This document shows, in pieces, positions 1 through 8,407 of a stretch of 52,349 nucleotides of DNA. A program made the position numbers and the translations under genes. A model generated the notes under the pieces. It was not told the origin of the DNA, searched no databases, and saw nothing but the letters and a program-made list of their open reading frames with translations. Each line of letters starts with the position of its first letter. The first letter of the stretch is position 1. Origin of the DNA: Chloroflexota bacterium (GTDB lineage Bacteria; Chloroflexota; Ktedonobacteria; Ktedonobacterales; JACDGC01); the NCBI GenBank assembly GCA_021778805.1, contig JAJYBV010000009.1:1-52349 (forward strand), written 5' to 3'.

Positions 1-2024
1 GATCTAATTGAACCGGCTTTTATAAATATCGGCAAGGTATCCAATGTAACCGGATATTCGCTAACCGAATTTCCTATATACACTTCGTTGGTTGCTGCGT
101 CAAACCACTCCCCCGACGGAAAAACTATCCGCCGATTTGTCGCGCCGCGCTGAGTAACCGGCGCCGCAAGAATTGAATCACCGATTAAAAATTCATCATT
201 CACAGCAAGCAAATCTTTATTTTGCGGCTCATTCCACCAAATCGGGCGAATTATCGGCGCGCCGGTGTCATGCGCCTGCTTTAATAGCGAAACATACAGC
301 GGCAGCAGCGAATAGCGAAACTCAATCGCGCGCCGGATGATCGATGTATATGGCTCACCAAAAGCCCACGGCTCTTGTTTCCGGCTGAATTTAGCCGCAT
401 GATTGCGGCAAAGCGGCATACACACGCCGGCTTGGGTAAACCGAGTCAGCATTTCCGGCTCGGCAAACTTATTAAATCCGCCGATATCAAAACCGGTAAA
501 AGCAAATCCGCTCAACCCCAAACCAATATTCATGGTTATCCCCATACCAATGTGTTCCCAAATACTGCTGTTATCTCCATTCCAAACAGCAGTGTACCGC
601 TGAGAACCCGACGCCGCAGATCTGCTTAAAACAAACGGGCGTTCCTTCGGGCGCAGCATAGTAAACGCCTCATAGGTAGCCTGCGTCATAGTTAATCCAT
701 ATGCGTTATGAAATTCAGCAAACGAAATGGGGTCATCGTCATTCTTGCAAACGGCGTCTTGGGGCAACGTTTCCCCATAAGTAAGCTGCACATCTGATGG
801 CGCATACATACCCGCCTGCGAAGGTTCATTCATATCATCCCAAATCCCGCTCACCCCGGCGTCGAAAAGCGGCTTATGCAAATTGCTCCACCAGCGCCGC
901 GCAGCGCTTTGCGAAAAATCAGTCCACACTGAAAGGCCCGGCCACACCCACCCGGTAAAATCGGTTCCATCAGCGTTTTTAATAAAATATTGCCGTTGGG
1001 TTCCTTCCTGAAACGCGGAATATTCCGGATCCACCTTTATACCCGGATCAATAATCGTAACGACATGGAAGCCGTCGGCGCGCAGCCGCTGCAGCATTTG
1101 CGAAAAATCCGGAAATGCCTGCTCATCCCATGTAAAATCGCGGAAACCACGCATATAATCAATATCCAAGTACAGCGCGTCGCAAGGTATGTGTTCCGCG
1201 CGAAATCTTGCCCCAACTTCTTCAAACTCGGCGGCGCTCATATAGCTCCAGCGCGATTGCTGGTTGCCCAGCGACCAGCGGGGAAACAGCGGCGGCCGGC
1301 CAGTAACGCGCGTATATTGTTCCAGCGCCGCGGCCGGCGTTGGCCCGCAGCACACATACGCAGTGATATCTGTTCCGGTGGTTGTATACGTTAACACATT
1401 TGGGTCTGTGGCTCCAATATCCAGTGTGGCCCGCCATGGTGAATCAAAAAACACACCAAAGGTATTGCCGTTCCGCACAATCATCACCCACGAAGCAATT
1501 TGGTGCATCGGGTCGGTTTTCTCCGAATGATCGGGTTCCGCGTCGGCCGACCATAGCAGCCGTTTTTTCCCGCGCTGATTCAGCGGCCCCGTGCGTTGAC
1601 CGGTTCCCAATACCACATCGGATGGCTCCAGAAGAATGCGCCACGAAAGCGAGCCGTCTGCATTGATTGAAAAAGCGCCGGTATCGGGGCTTTGCAAAAT
1701 GACCGCGTCGTTTTGTATGACGGAAACGGAGGCGCCGGCCAAATCCAGCCTGATTTTCGTATTGCCGCTGCCCAGTTCATAGCGGCGCGCGCCGGCAATG
1801 TGAGTAACTTGCGGCGCAGGTGTTTGAAGAAAAGCGGGATCGATAGACCAAGTATGCCGCTGTGTATCTGGAAAAGGGTGAACTGCTATTTTGGCAATAT
1901 CACTGTCCGGCAGCTCCAAAGCAAGCATACCTTGCGAAATTGCAAACTGCGCAAAAGCCAATTGTAAATTTTCGTTCATTGGGCTGGCCGAGGAAAGCCA
2001 ATGTATCGATTCTGGCAAAGACAT
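1..2024 (-). CDS. Glycoside hydrolase family 31 alpha-glucosidase/alpha-xylosidase. The C-terminus is truncated by the window start.
   Basis: The minus-strand ORF has its first ATG at 2024, with an in-frame stop just upstream. It contains the GH31 nucleophile motif G-I-W-D-D-M-N-E-P, encoded around 815-850. A later G-F-D-I-G-G-F acid/base-type motif and the family hallmarks WNGDN and GFxxxGxDIGGF are also present. No stop occurs before position 1, which is why the ORF is absent from the supplied track. Confidence 0.8.
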   Translation of the reverse strand, partial: MSLPESIHWLSSASPMNENLQLAFAQFAISQGMLALELPDSDIAKIAVHPFPDTQRHTWSIDPAFLQTPAPQVTHIAGARRYELGSGNTKIRLDLAGASVSVIQNDAVILQSPDTGAFSINADGSLSWRILLEPSDVVLGTGQRTGPLNQRGKKRLLWSADAEPDHSEKTDPMHQIASWVMIVRNGNTFGVFFDSPWRATLDIGATDPNVLTYTTTGTDITAYVCCGPTPAAALEQYTRVTGRPPLFPRWSLGNQQSRWSYMSAAEFEEVGARFRAEHIPCDALYLDIDYMRGFRDFTWDEQAFPDFSQMLQRLRADGFHVVTIIDPGIKVDPEYSAFQEGTQRQYFIKNADGTDFTGWVWPGLSVWTDFSQSAARRWWSNLHKPLFDAGVSGIWDDMNEPSQAGMYAPSDVQLTYGETLPQDAVCKNDDDPISFAEFHNAYGLTMTQATYEAFTMLRPKERPFVLSRSAASGSQRYTAVWNGDNSSIWEHIGMGITMNIGLGLSGFAFTGFDIGGFNKFAEPEMLTRFTQAGVCMPLCRNHAAKFSRKQEPWAFGEPYTSIIRRAIEFRYSLLPLYVSLLKQAHDTGAPIIRPIWWNEPQNKDLLAVNDEFLIGDSILAAPVTQRGATNRRIVFPSGEWFDAATNEVYIGNSVSEYPVTLDTLPIFIKAGSIR

Positions 2025-2461
2025 AGATCTATCTGCTGCTCCTACTGTAATTATTGATTTTTTTCCGTTGATACGCCTGTTCGGTGTTGTTATATAACCT
2101 GCACAAACACATAGTATCCGAAAAGCAGCCGTTCTTTTTCATTATGTCACAGCGGGCGCAGTTACAATACACCGCCAATTTCAATATTTTCGCGGAAATA
2201 TGGCTATTATTACCGAGGGAATAGCCAGTGTGTGGTATACTGGCAAATAGCTATTAGTATGAACGCCAATCCTTTGGCCGGCTATTGACCGTAACGCAAT
2301 GCCGCCAAAGAGGAATCGTCACCGAATAAAACTTTCCAAATCACACATCCGGTTTTGGGAAGATAGACTTGGGGCCGTCCCCTTGCTCCGGCATCCGGTC
2401 CTTGTTCCAGGTCTTGCCTCCGCCTTTTGCATCTTCAACTTGACAGACATGTGGAGCTATT

Positions 2462-3571
2462 ATGACATTTCCGCTCGGACCCATTCACCCTGCCTTGCCG
2501 GAGCCAATCAGTTTAAAATTGGCCTTGCACGGAGAGAAAATTACAGGCGTAGAAACGCATACGGGATATTTAAAACGCAGCGTTGAAACCCTGATGCTGC
2601 AAAAAAATCTTGCAGATGCGCTGATTTTGGCTGAACGAATCTGCGGAACCTGCGGCTACAGCCATCGTTATGCGCTTTGCCTTGCTATTGAATCGCTTGC
2701 CGGAATAACACCGCCGCCGCGCGCACAAGCATTGCGCGTTGTATTCGCCGAAGTAGAGCGCATATTAGCGCGGCTGTGGACCCTGGCGCATATTGGGCGC
2801 GCGGCAGAATTAGGCGCGCTGTATACAGGATCGCTTGAGGCGCGCGAGGTACTGTTTGAAGCGTGCGCCGACGCCGCGGATAAACGACTGTTTTGGGAGA
2901 TTGCCGTTCCGGGCGGTGTACAAAATATTCAAGATCCGCAAGCAATAATCGACGCCATACAAGCATTGCAATCGGTACTTGCTCCGTTTGATCGGTTGCT
3001 TTCCCCGAAAGGGGCGCTGGTAAACCGCGCCAATTCGGTTGGAATAGTAACGCAAGACGCCGCAGAAGAAATGTGCATGAGCGGACCCGGCGCGCGCGCC
3101 GCGGGTGTTATGCGCGATGTACGGCGGGATGCGCCATATGATATCTATGCGCAAATGGCGGATATTCTTTCAACAGACCCTATCACGGGCTTTATAGCCG
3201 GCAGTGCGCCGGCGCGGGCATATCAAATGCTGATGGATATTCAGGAAAGCATGCGAATCATTACCGCAATATTTGATGAACTGCCCGATGGGCAGGAACG
3301 CGCAGCGTTGCCGGATATTTTACCGCCCGAAAAAACCGCTGTTACGATAGAAGGAGCGCGCGGCGCAGAAACGCTAACGCTTGAATTAAACGCCAACCGC
3401 GGAACCAACGCCGACCTTACCATGCCCGGATTTATTAAATCTATTGCTTTTGCCACCCCAAGCGGTGAAAATATCGGAGCGCTTCCGGTTATATTACAAG
3501 AAACTTTGCTTTCAGATGCGCTGATAGCGCTTTCCAGCCTGGATCTTTGCATTGCCTGTGTAGATAAATAA
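2462..3571 (+). CDS. Group-4 (energy-converting, Ech/Mbh-like) [NiFe]-hydrogenase large subunit, NuoD-like, 369 aa.
   Basis: The N-terminus GPIHPALPEPISLKL resembles the EchE/NuoD N-terminus. The L1 motif R-I-C-G-T-C-G-Y-S-H matches RxCGxCxxxH. The protein ends with the L2 motif D-L-C-I-A-C-V-D-K, matching [DE][PL]CxxCx[DE][RK]. There is no C-terminal extension after L2, as in Ech-type enzymes. GGAG lies 8 nt upstream of the ATG. Confidence 0.75.
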   Translation: MTFPLGPIHPALPEPISLKLALHGEKITGVETHTGYLKRSVETLMLQKNLADALILAERICGTCGYSHRYALCLAIESLAGITPPPRAQALRVVFAEVERILARLWTLAHIGRAAELGALYTGSLEAREVLFEACADAADKRLFWEIAVPGGVQNIQDPQAIIDAIQALQSVLAPFDRLLSPKGALVNRANSVGIVTQDAAEEMCMSGPGARAAGVMRDVRRDAPYDIYAQMADILSTDPITGFIAGSAPARAYQMLMDIQESMRIITAIFDELPDGQERAALPDILPPEKTAVTIEGARGAETLTLELNANRGTNADLTMPGFIKSIAFATPSGENIGALPVILQETLLSDALIALSSLDLCIACVDK

Positions 3572-3577
3572 CGCAGC

Positions 3578-5767
3578 GTGGGTTCAGGATTCTATGAGAA
3601 AGGTACTGCAATGCTCACACTCTCGAATCTTTCACTTGCGCTGATTTTGGCGCCATTTTTGGCAGGGGTTATCCTTGCCGCCGCCGGCGCGCGCCTGCCC
3701 CGCATTGCGGGTATTGCGATTGCCCTGCTTGCGGCTGTCATTTCCATTGCCGCCGCGTTAACACTGGCCGGCAATGTTTTTCCCGACGGCCCAATCGTTT
3801 TTGCGTTCCCCCTATTTGGCGCGGCTATCGGTCAGCGATTGGATGGATTAAGCGCATATGCGTTAATCGGTTTAACCGTTTGGGTTATCCCTATCCTTTT
3901 GTGGGTTACATTTCCGCGCAGCAAACCAAATTTCCGGCCAATGGGCCTTGTTCTGCTGGCTTCTGCGCTAACTAGCGGCGCTATACTAAACGATAATATT
4001 ATTCTTATCGCGCTTTGCTGGCTGGGAGCCGCCGTTATGGCGTGGCTGATTACCGTTTCTGAAGATATTGCCGGTGGCGCCGAAAACGTTTACCAAACCC
4101 GCTGGGTCGATTTAGTTACCCTTGGCGCCGGCCCAATTTTATTTGTATTGACAATGGTTCCGGTAATGGCAGCGCTGAAAAAAAGCTCCCTGCTCGATAT
4201 AACCGGAGTCACTGTAAATGGCGCATCTCCATTTTCTTTTTTAAACGCTGCGCTGATAGTTGTCGCGTTTTTGTTTGCGCTGGGCGCATATCCCTTTATG
4301 TTGTGGATTCGCCGCGCCGCGCTGGGCATTTCGTCCCATGGGCTGGGTATTATCGGGTTGCTGTACCTTCCCGCCGGTCTTATTTTATTTGCGCGGGTAA
4401 GCTCCGTCATCAATAACCCATGGCCGTCTGTTCCTATCGGCATCGGCTTCTCACTCAACACAATTTACATTATTTTCGGTGTCGCAACTGTTTTCGCCGC
4501 ATCCATAACACTGATGGCGGAGCGCGATATTATGGCTATTGCCCTGCTGTTAGCCGAAAATATTGCAGGGTGGATGATTATTGCTATCGGTTCAGGAAAC
4601 AGCCAAGCGTTAGTTGGCGTTACCTTGCTGCTTGCCGGGTATATCGCCGCGCTGGGCGCATTGGTTGCGGTTATAGCGTCTTTGGAATGCCGCTTAATCA
4701 AAGAGGTTTCCATTGATTCTCTGAAGGGGTTTGCCAAATTTTTACCGCTGCATTTTATTGCGGCGGCAATTGCGCTGCTGTGCCTTGCCGGCGCGCCGCT
4801 TTTGATTGGCTTCGCTTCCTTTGCTCTTATAAATCTTGCGATAGCCAAGTGGGGTGGTTTTGCGTTTTTAGCCGGCGGCGTACTTTGGGTAAGTCAAGGA
4901 TTTATTGCAATTGCCGTCACCCGATACCTTGCCTCATTCTTGGCGCCAAACAACAGCCTTTCCAATGAAGAAACAAATTTATTGCGGTCCGGCGCATCTG
5001 AGGCGCCGTTATTCAGTCTGCCGATTATTATCATGCTGATGGTAAGCATTGCCCCGCAGATGCTTTTGGCGCCGGTCAATCTTATTCCCGGGTTAGGGCA
5101 GCTTGCCGCCGCCTCGTTACTGAACCAAGGTGTGGAAATTCCTAATATTGCAATTTCTATGTTTGGCATTCAAACAACCGGCATATCTTGGGAACCGGGT
5201 TTGTTTTGGATCTTTGGGCTGCTGCTTTTTGCTATTGCGGCGCTGCTTTCCGGAGCCGTTGCTGTAAAAGGCAGCACGTTGCCTGCATTTGCCGGCGGCG
5301 AGCCGTTCCGCGAAGAAGAGATGAACGGATTTACTCCTTGGGCAACTGTTACCCGCATAGCGCGAACCCCGCTTATTTTGCCAGGCCCCGCAAAATGGCG
5401 CAATGATTTAGGCGCTATTGATATTGAAGGTGAACAAGAAAACAGCTCTGAAACAGACACCGACATAGAAGATGAAGGTGAAGCTGAAGCGGATGAAAAC
5501 GCAGACGAAGCAAACGCCGCGACAGTAGTCCCGGAAAAAGCGCATCCAGCTCCAAAATCAGAGACGCCGCGCGCGCATGCACAAAAAACATCGGCCGGCA
5601 AGCAGCCATCAGTGGAGACTAAACAAGAAAAAACCACTGCCGCAGCCACAGTAAATCCAAAGCCGGCCGCCACGACGCCAGCTAAAATTCCACAGAAAAA
5701 TATTCCGCCAAACACACAGCGTCAATCTCAAAAGAAGCATAAGGGGGGGCATAGCCATGGCCGCTAA
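3578..5767 (+). CDS. Polytopic membrane protein with about 14 TM helices, probably a highly degenerate antiporter-like (NuoL/MrpA/EchA-like) subunit, followed by a roughly 170-aa disordered acidic and K/P/T/A-rich C-terminal tail.
   Basis: It is tightly packed between the hydrogenase large and small subunit genes and overlaps the next gene by 11 nt. It is strongly hydrophobic for about 560 aa. The stretch LLLAENIAGWMIIAIGSG loosely resembles the NuoL/M 'LAYSSISHMGFVLIAIG' region but lacks the His. I could not find the canonical GPTPVSALIHAATMV motif by eye. The tail contains EGEQENSSETDTDIEDEGEAEADENADEA followed by PAPKSETPRAHAQKTSAGKQPSVETKQEK. The track start is a GTG at 3578. An in-frame ATG at 3611 (MLTLSNLS) has a GAGAAAGG Shine-Dalgarno-like sequence and may be the true start. 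Confidence 0.5.
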   Translation: MGSGFYEKGTAMLTLSNLSLALILAPFLAGVILAAAGARLPRIAGIAIALLAAVISIAAALTLAGNVFPDGPIVFAFPLFGAAIGQRLDGLSAYALIGLTVWVIPILLWVTFPRSKPNFRPMGLVLLASALTSGAILNDNIILIALCWLGAAVMAWLITVSEDIAGGAENVYQTRWVDLVTLGAGPILFVLTMVPVMAALKKSSLLDITGVTVNGASPFSFLNAALIVVAFLFALGAYPFMLWIRRAALGISSHGLGIIGLLYLPAGLILFARVSSVINNPWPSVPIGIGFSLNTIYIIFGVATVFAASITLMAERDIMAIALLLAENIAGWMIIAIGSGNSQALVGVTLLLAGYIAALGALVAVIASLECRLIKEVSIDSLKGFAKFLPLHFIAAAIALLCLAGAPLLIGFASFALINLAIAKWGGFAFLAGGVLWVSQGFIAIAVTRYLASFLAPNNSLSNEETNLLRSGASEAPLFSLPIIIMLMVSIAPQMLLAPVNLIPGLGQLAAASLLNQGVEIPNIAISMFGIQTTGISWEPGLFWIFGLLLFAIAALLSGAVAVKGSTLPAFAGGEPFREEEMNGFTPWATVTRIARTPLILPGPAKWRNDLGAIDIEGEQENSSETDTDIEDEGEAEADENADEANAATVVPEKAHPAPKSETPRAHAQKTSAGKQPSVETKQEKTTAAATVNPKPAATTPAKIPQKNIPPNTQRQSQKKHKGGHSHGR

Positions 5768-6221
5768 AAATCACGCAGTGTGGGTTTACCCCATCGCCAT
5801 GGGCGCATGCAATGGCTGCGATCAGCAAATTTTAGCGCTGAATGCGCCGGCGTATCAGCTGCGATCTATGGGCATTTCGTTTGTAAACAGCCCGCGGCAC
5901 GCCGATATTGTGCTGCTCACCGGTGTGTTAACAAAACGCATGCGCAGTATAGTAGAACGCACATTAGAGGCGGTTCCCAGCCCGCACGCACTGGTAGCAG
6001 TCGGAGATTGCGCCATTCATGGTGGCGTATTTGCCGATAATCCGCAAATTTTTGCCAACGCCTCTGATATATTAAATGTAAATATTGAAATTGCCGGCGA
6101 CCCTCCAACTCCGGATCAGATTATTGCGGCAATTGTTGAAGCTGCCCGTCAGTTAGATGAAGCCGATAAACCTGCAAATACCGCAGAATCAACACAAGAT
6201 GAGGAGGATTCGACTAAATGA
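5757..6221 (+). CDS. Group-4 [NiFe]-hydrogenase small subunit, NuoB-like, 154 aa, with a non-canonical proximal Fe-S ligand set.
   Basis: The motif V-G-D-C-A-I-H-G-G-V-F matches the NuoB/EchC GxCAxxGGxF cluster motif. The usual N-terminal CC pair is replaced by C-N-G-C. The C-terminal 'PGCPP' motif reads A-G-D-P-P-T-P, so the fourth Cys is Asp. GGGGGG lies 8 nt upstream of the ATG, and the gene overlaps the preceding gene by 11 nt, suggesting translational coupling. The C-terminus is an acidic tail. Confidence 0.7.
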   Translation: MAAKNHAVWVYPIAMGACNGCDQQILALNAPAYQLRSMGISFVNSPRHADIVLLTGVLTKRMRSIVERTLEAVPSPHALVAVGDCAIHGGVFADNPQIFANASDILNVNIEIAGDPPTPDQIIAAIVEAARQLDEADKPANTAESTQDEEDSTK

Positions 6222-7210
6222 ATCCGATAATCAGCGCGCTGATTACGATATGTATCTATCCGGGCGCACTTTTTGCTATTGTGGCAGCGGTACTGTTGGG
6301 GTGGGTTCGCGGCTATGCCCGCGCGGCAGCCTCGGGTAACGCCAACGCCGCGCCGGTGTTCTCTCTTCGCGAAATCACTCGGCGCACACGGCAGCAAAGC
6401 GTGGAAACCGAAGGCACTAATTTTGCTGTTACGCAAATAATAACTATTGCGGCAATAACCGCGCCGCTGTTAGCGCTGGTGTTTATGCCTTTTCCGGGAA
6501 ACAGCAATCCAAGCATAAGCCTGTTTCCAACAAACGCCATTGCGGAAGCCGCCCTACTGCTGGGTATGCCGTTAAGCAAAATATTGCTTGGCTGGTTAAC
6601 ACCCTCACCCTACACCCGATTAGCCGCGATACGGTCTGTACGCGCGCTGTTGGGATATGTTGTTCCGTTTGTATACGCAGTTACGGTTGCCATGGCGCTG
6701 CACGGTTCATTAACTTTGGAGGGCTTTTTTACCCCTATACCTTCGGGAACTGCAATTCATAACTATTTTATCGAGGTTATATTACTGATTGCAGGATTGC
6801 TCTATCTTATATGCATACCGGTGTTTACCCGTTTAACGCCACTGCGCGCAGATTTTGGCGCTATCGAGCTGGCGTCTGGTGAATTGACGGAATTGAGCGG
6901 CGGACAACTGCTGGTTATGCGCGCCGCCGAAGCAATTCAAACCTTGGCGTTTATCGGTTTTGGCGTCTCTATTTTTGTTGCCCCGTTATTTTCAGCCGGC
7001 GCAATTCGCTCCGTTAGTTTTATAGCGATTCTGTTTATTGTTGCTATTTTATTAGGGGTATGGGAAGGCTTCGCGCCGCGCATCCGCACATCTGAAGATT
7101 ATATGCAGCCAATAACAGCCTGGAATAACATGGGATTGCTGATATTGGAAGCAGCTGGAATACTCGGGTTTTTAGTCATACATCTCATCAACATCTATTT
7201 TCATTGGTAA
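6218..7210 (+). CDS. NuoH/EchB/HycD-like membrane anchor subunit, 330 aa.
   Basis: The start overlaps the small-subunit stop by 4 nt, with AGGAGG 9 nt upstream. The protein has multiple TM helices. D-F-G-A-I-E-L-A-S-G-E-L-T-E-L-S-G-G matches the NuoH 'FDLAEGESELVAGYxTEYSG' loop. The C-terminal P-R-I-R-T-S-E-D-Y-M-Q-P-I-T-A-W matches the NuoH 'PRxRxDQxMxxxW' motif. Confidence 0.65.
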   Translation: MNPIISALITICIYPGALFAIVAAVLLGWVRGYARAAASGNANAAPVFSLREITRRTRQQSVETEGTNFAVTQIITIAAITAPLLALVFMPFPGNSNPSISLFPTNAIAEAALLLGMPLSKILLGWLTPSPYTRLAAIRSVRALLGYVVPFVYAVTVAMALHGSLTLEGFFTPIPSGTAIHNYFIEVILLIAGLLYLICIPVFTRLTPLRADFGAIELASGELTELSGGQLLVMRAAEAIQTLAFIGFGVSIFVAPLFSAGAIRSVSFIAILFIVAILLGVWEGFAPRIRTSEDYMQPITAWNNMGLLILEAAGILGFLVIHLINIYFHW

Positions 7211-7251
7211 TTTTGGCGCATTAAGATACAGATACAACAATCCGAAGTTTA

Positions 7252-7289
7252 CAATGGGGCGGCTATAAAGCTGCCCCATTGCTATATTC
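7252..7289 (+). terminator. Candidate intrinsic terminator after the hydrogenase-like operon.
   Basis: The arms caatggggcggc / gctgccccattg form a 12-bp stem with one mismatch around a tataaa loop. A moderately U-rich tail, ctatattc, follows. Confidence 0.4.
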
Positions 7290-7454
7290 AAAACATCGCA
7301 AATGAGCAGAAAAATGCAACGCCAATACTGATTTTCGTAATTACGCAGGGGATTTTGACAAGGTCTCCATAAAGCAAAAGATACCGCGCGATATTGATAG
7401 TCAGGCAGCAAGGGCGCCAATATTGCCCTGGGAATATTTTTTTTAATAAAAAAA

Positions 7455-7510
7455 TTGGGGGGACACCCCAATCCCCGCGCAACGGGCTACCGCCCCTTAC
7501 GTATCCTCAG
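7455..7510. repeat. Solo copy of the GGGGACACCCC palindromic repeat unit.
   Basis: The sequence ggggggacaccccaatccccgcgcaacgggctaccgccccttacgtatcc has the same unit architecture as the arrays at 29981-30235, 40594-41035 and 45749-46193. Confidence 0.8.
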
Positions 7511-7572
7511 TTTTGTGCGCCGCGCCGAAGCAAAAGCGCCATAAAATAACAATACTGATTTTTTATCTTATC

Positions 7573-7601
7573 TTGACAAAATGTTCTAAGTATGTTACAA
7601 T
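7573..7601 (+). promoter_or_regulatory. Near-consensus sigma70-type promoter for the 7667 gene.
   Basis: TTGACA (7573-7578), an exact 17-bp spacer, and TACAAT (7596-7601). Confidence 0.55.
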
Positions 7602-7666
7602 AAGAACATAGGTTTTACTATAACCAATTTTAAACAGATATTTCACCGCTTTTGAGGAGGCGTGAC

Positions 7667-8395
7667 ATGAATAAACAACCAAATGAATCAATTTATCCCG
7701 CCAATTGGCTTTTTGGCAAAGATTTTGATCCCTCAGAACATCTTATGAAAATCGATCGCTTTGATCGCGCAACTCAACGTAAAATCGTTAATGAATATAT
7801 GAATGTGCAAAATCGTCTGCTTTGGTTTATCCGCGACCAGCGCGCGATTATTGCTTCCGGCGCCGCTAAAGGCGCCTATGAAATAAAAACCGAATTAATA
7901 GAGCTGGATAGGCAGGTTGGCTGGGCGCATTTTAAAACCTACATCCGCGACACGCTGGGCAACGAAGCGGTTATGTATGGCTCCGAATCCGCGCGCGATT
8001 TTCCGGATTTTATTGAAAAAGCCAACACAAAATCATTGGGCCGCGCGCTGCTTCTGCTGGGTTACGGCACAGCGTTTGCCAACGAAATGGATGAGGAAGA
8101 TCGCTTTGTGGATGCTCCTCAATCTATTACAAAAGAACCGGCTGAACCCTATAAAACCGGCGCGGCCCAGCCTAAAACCAATACCGTTTCCGTGCTTCAC
8201 GAACCGGCGGCTGATTTTGCCAAAACTCCAGACCTGATGGCTACAGAACGGCAAAAAACTAGTATTCAAAAAATCTGCGCAAAACTAGGGCAGCCTGAAC
8301 CAGATATTAATTCAATGTCGTTCGACACCGCGCGGAATACACTGGCGCAATTAAGTGTGCTACTTCAACAAAAACGAACATTGACCGCCGTATAG
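7667..8395 (+). CDS. Hypothetical protein, about 243 aa.
   Basis: The ORF track starts at a TTG (7652). An ATG at 7667 sits 6 nt after GAGGAGG and is preferred. No family was recognised. The C-terminal third is low-complexity. The gene has its own strong promoter downstream of the hydrogenase cluster. Confidence 0.5.
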   Translation: MNKQPNESIYPANWLFGKDFDPSEHLMKIDRFDRATQRKIVNEYMNVQNRLLWFIRDQRAIIASGAAKGAYEIKTELIELDRQVGWAHFKTYIRDTLGNEAVMYGSESARDFPDFIEKANTKSLGRALLLLGYGTAFANEMDEEDRFVDAPQSITKEPAEPYKTGAAQPKTNTVSVLHEPAADFAKTPDLMATERQKTSIQKICAKLGQPEPDINSMSFDTARNTLAQLSVLLQQKRTLTAV

Positions 8396-8407
8396 CGCCG
8401 CCGATTC

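Noticed and set aside
375-1967. Multiple 60-130-aa track ORFs on both strands within 1-2024.
   Set aside because: All overlap the long minus-strand GH31 gene, which has no in-window stop and so is missing from the track. They are out-of-frame or antisense and show no recognisable motifs.
2437-2461. TTGACA at 2437 as the hydrogenase operon promoter.
   Set aside because: The only -10-like hexamer at the appropriate spacing (TATTAT) overlaps the Shine-Dalgarno and start region. That would put the transcription start inside the gene, so the pairing is implausible.
2299-2586. 95-aa ORF overlapping the hydrogenase large-subunit start.
   Set aside because: It is in a different frame and shows no ribosome-binding site or recognisable domain. 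The overlapping ORF has clear NiFe large-subunit motifs from its first residues.
5170-5715. 181-aa minus-strand ORF antisense to the tail of the membrane subunit.
   Set aside because: It is the low-complexity antisense reading of the acidic/PTAK-rich tail region and sits inside a tightly coupled plus-strand operon.
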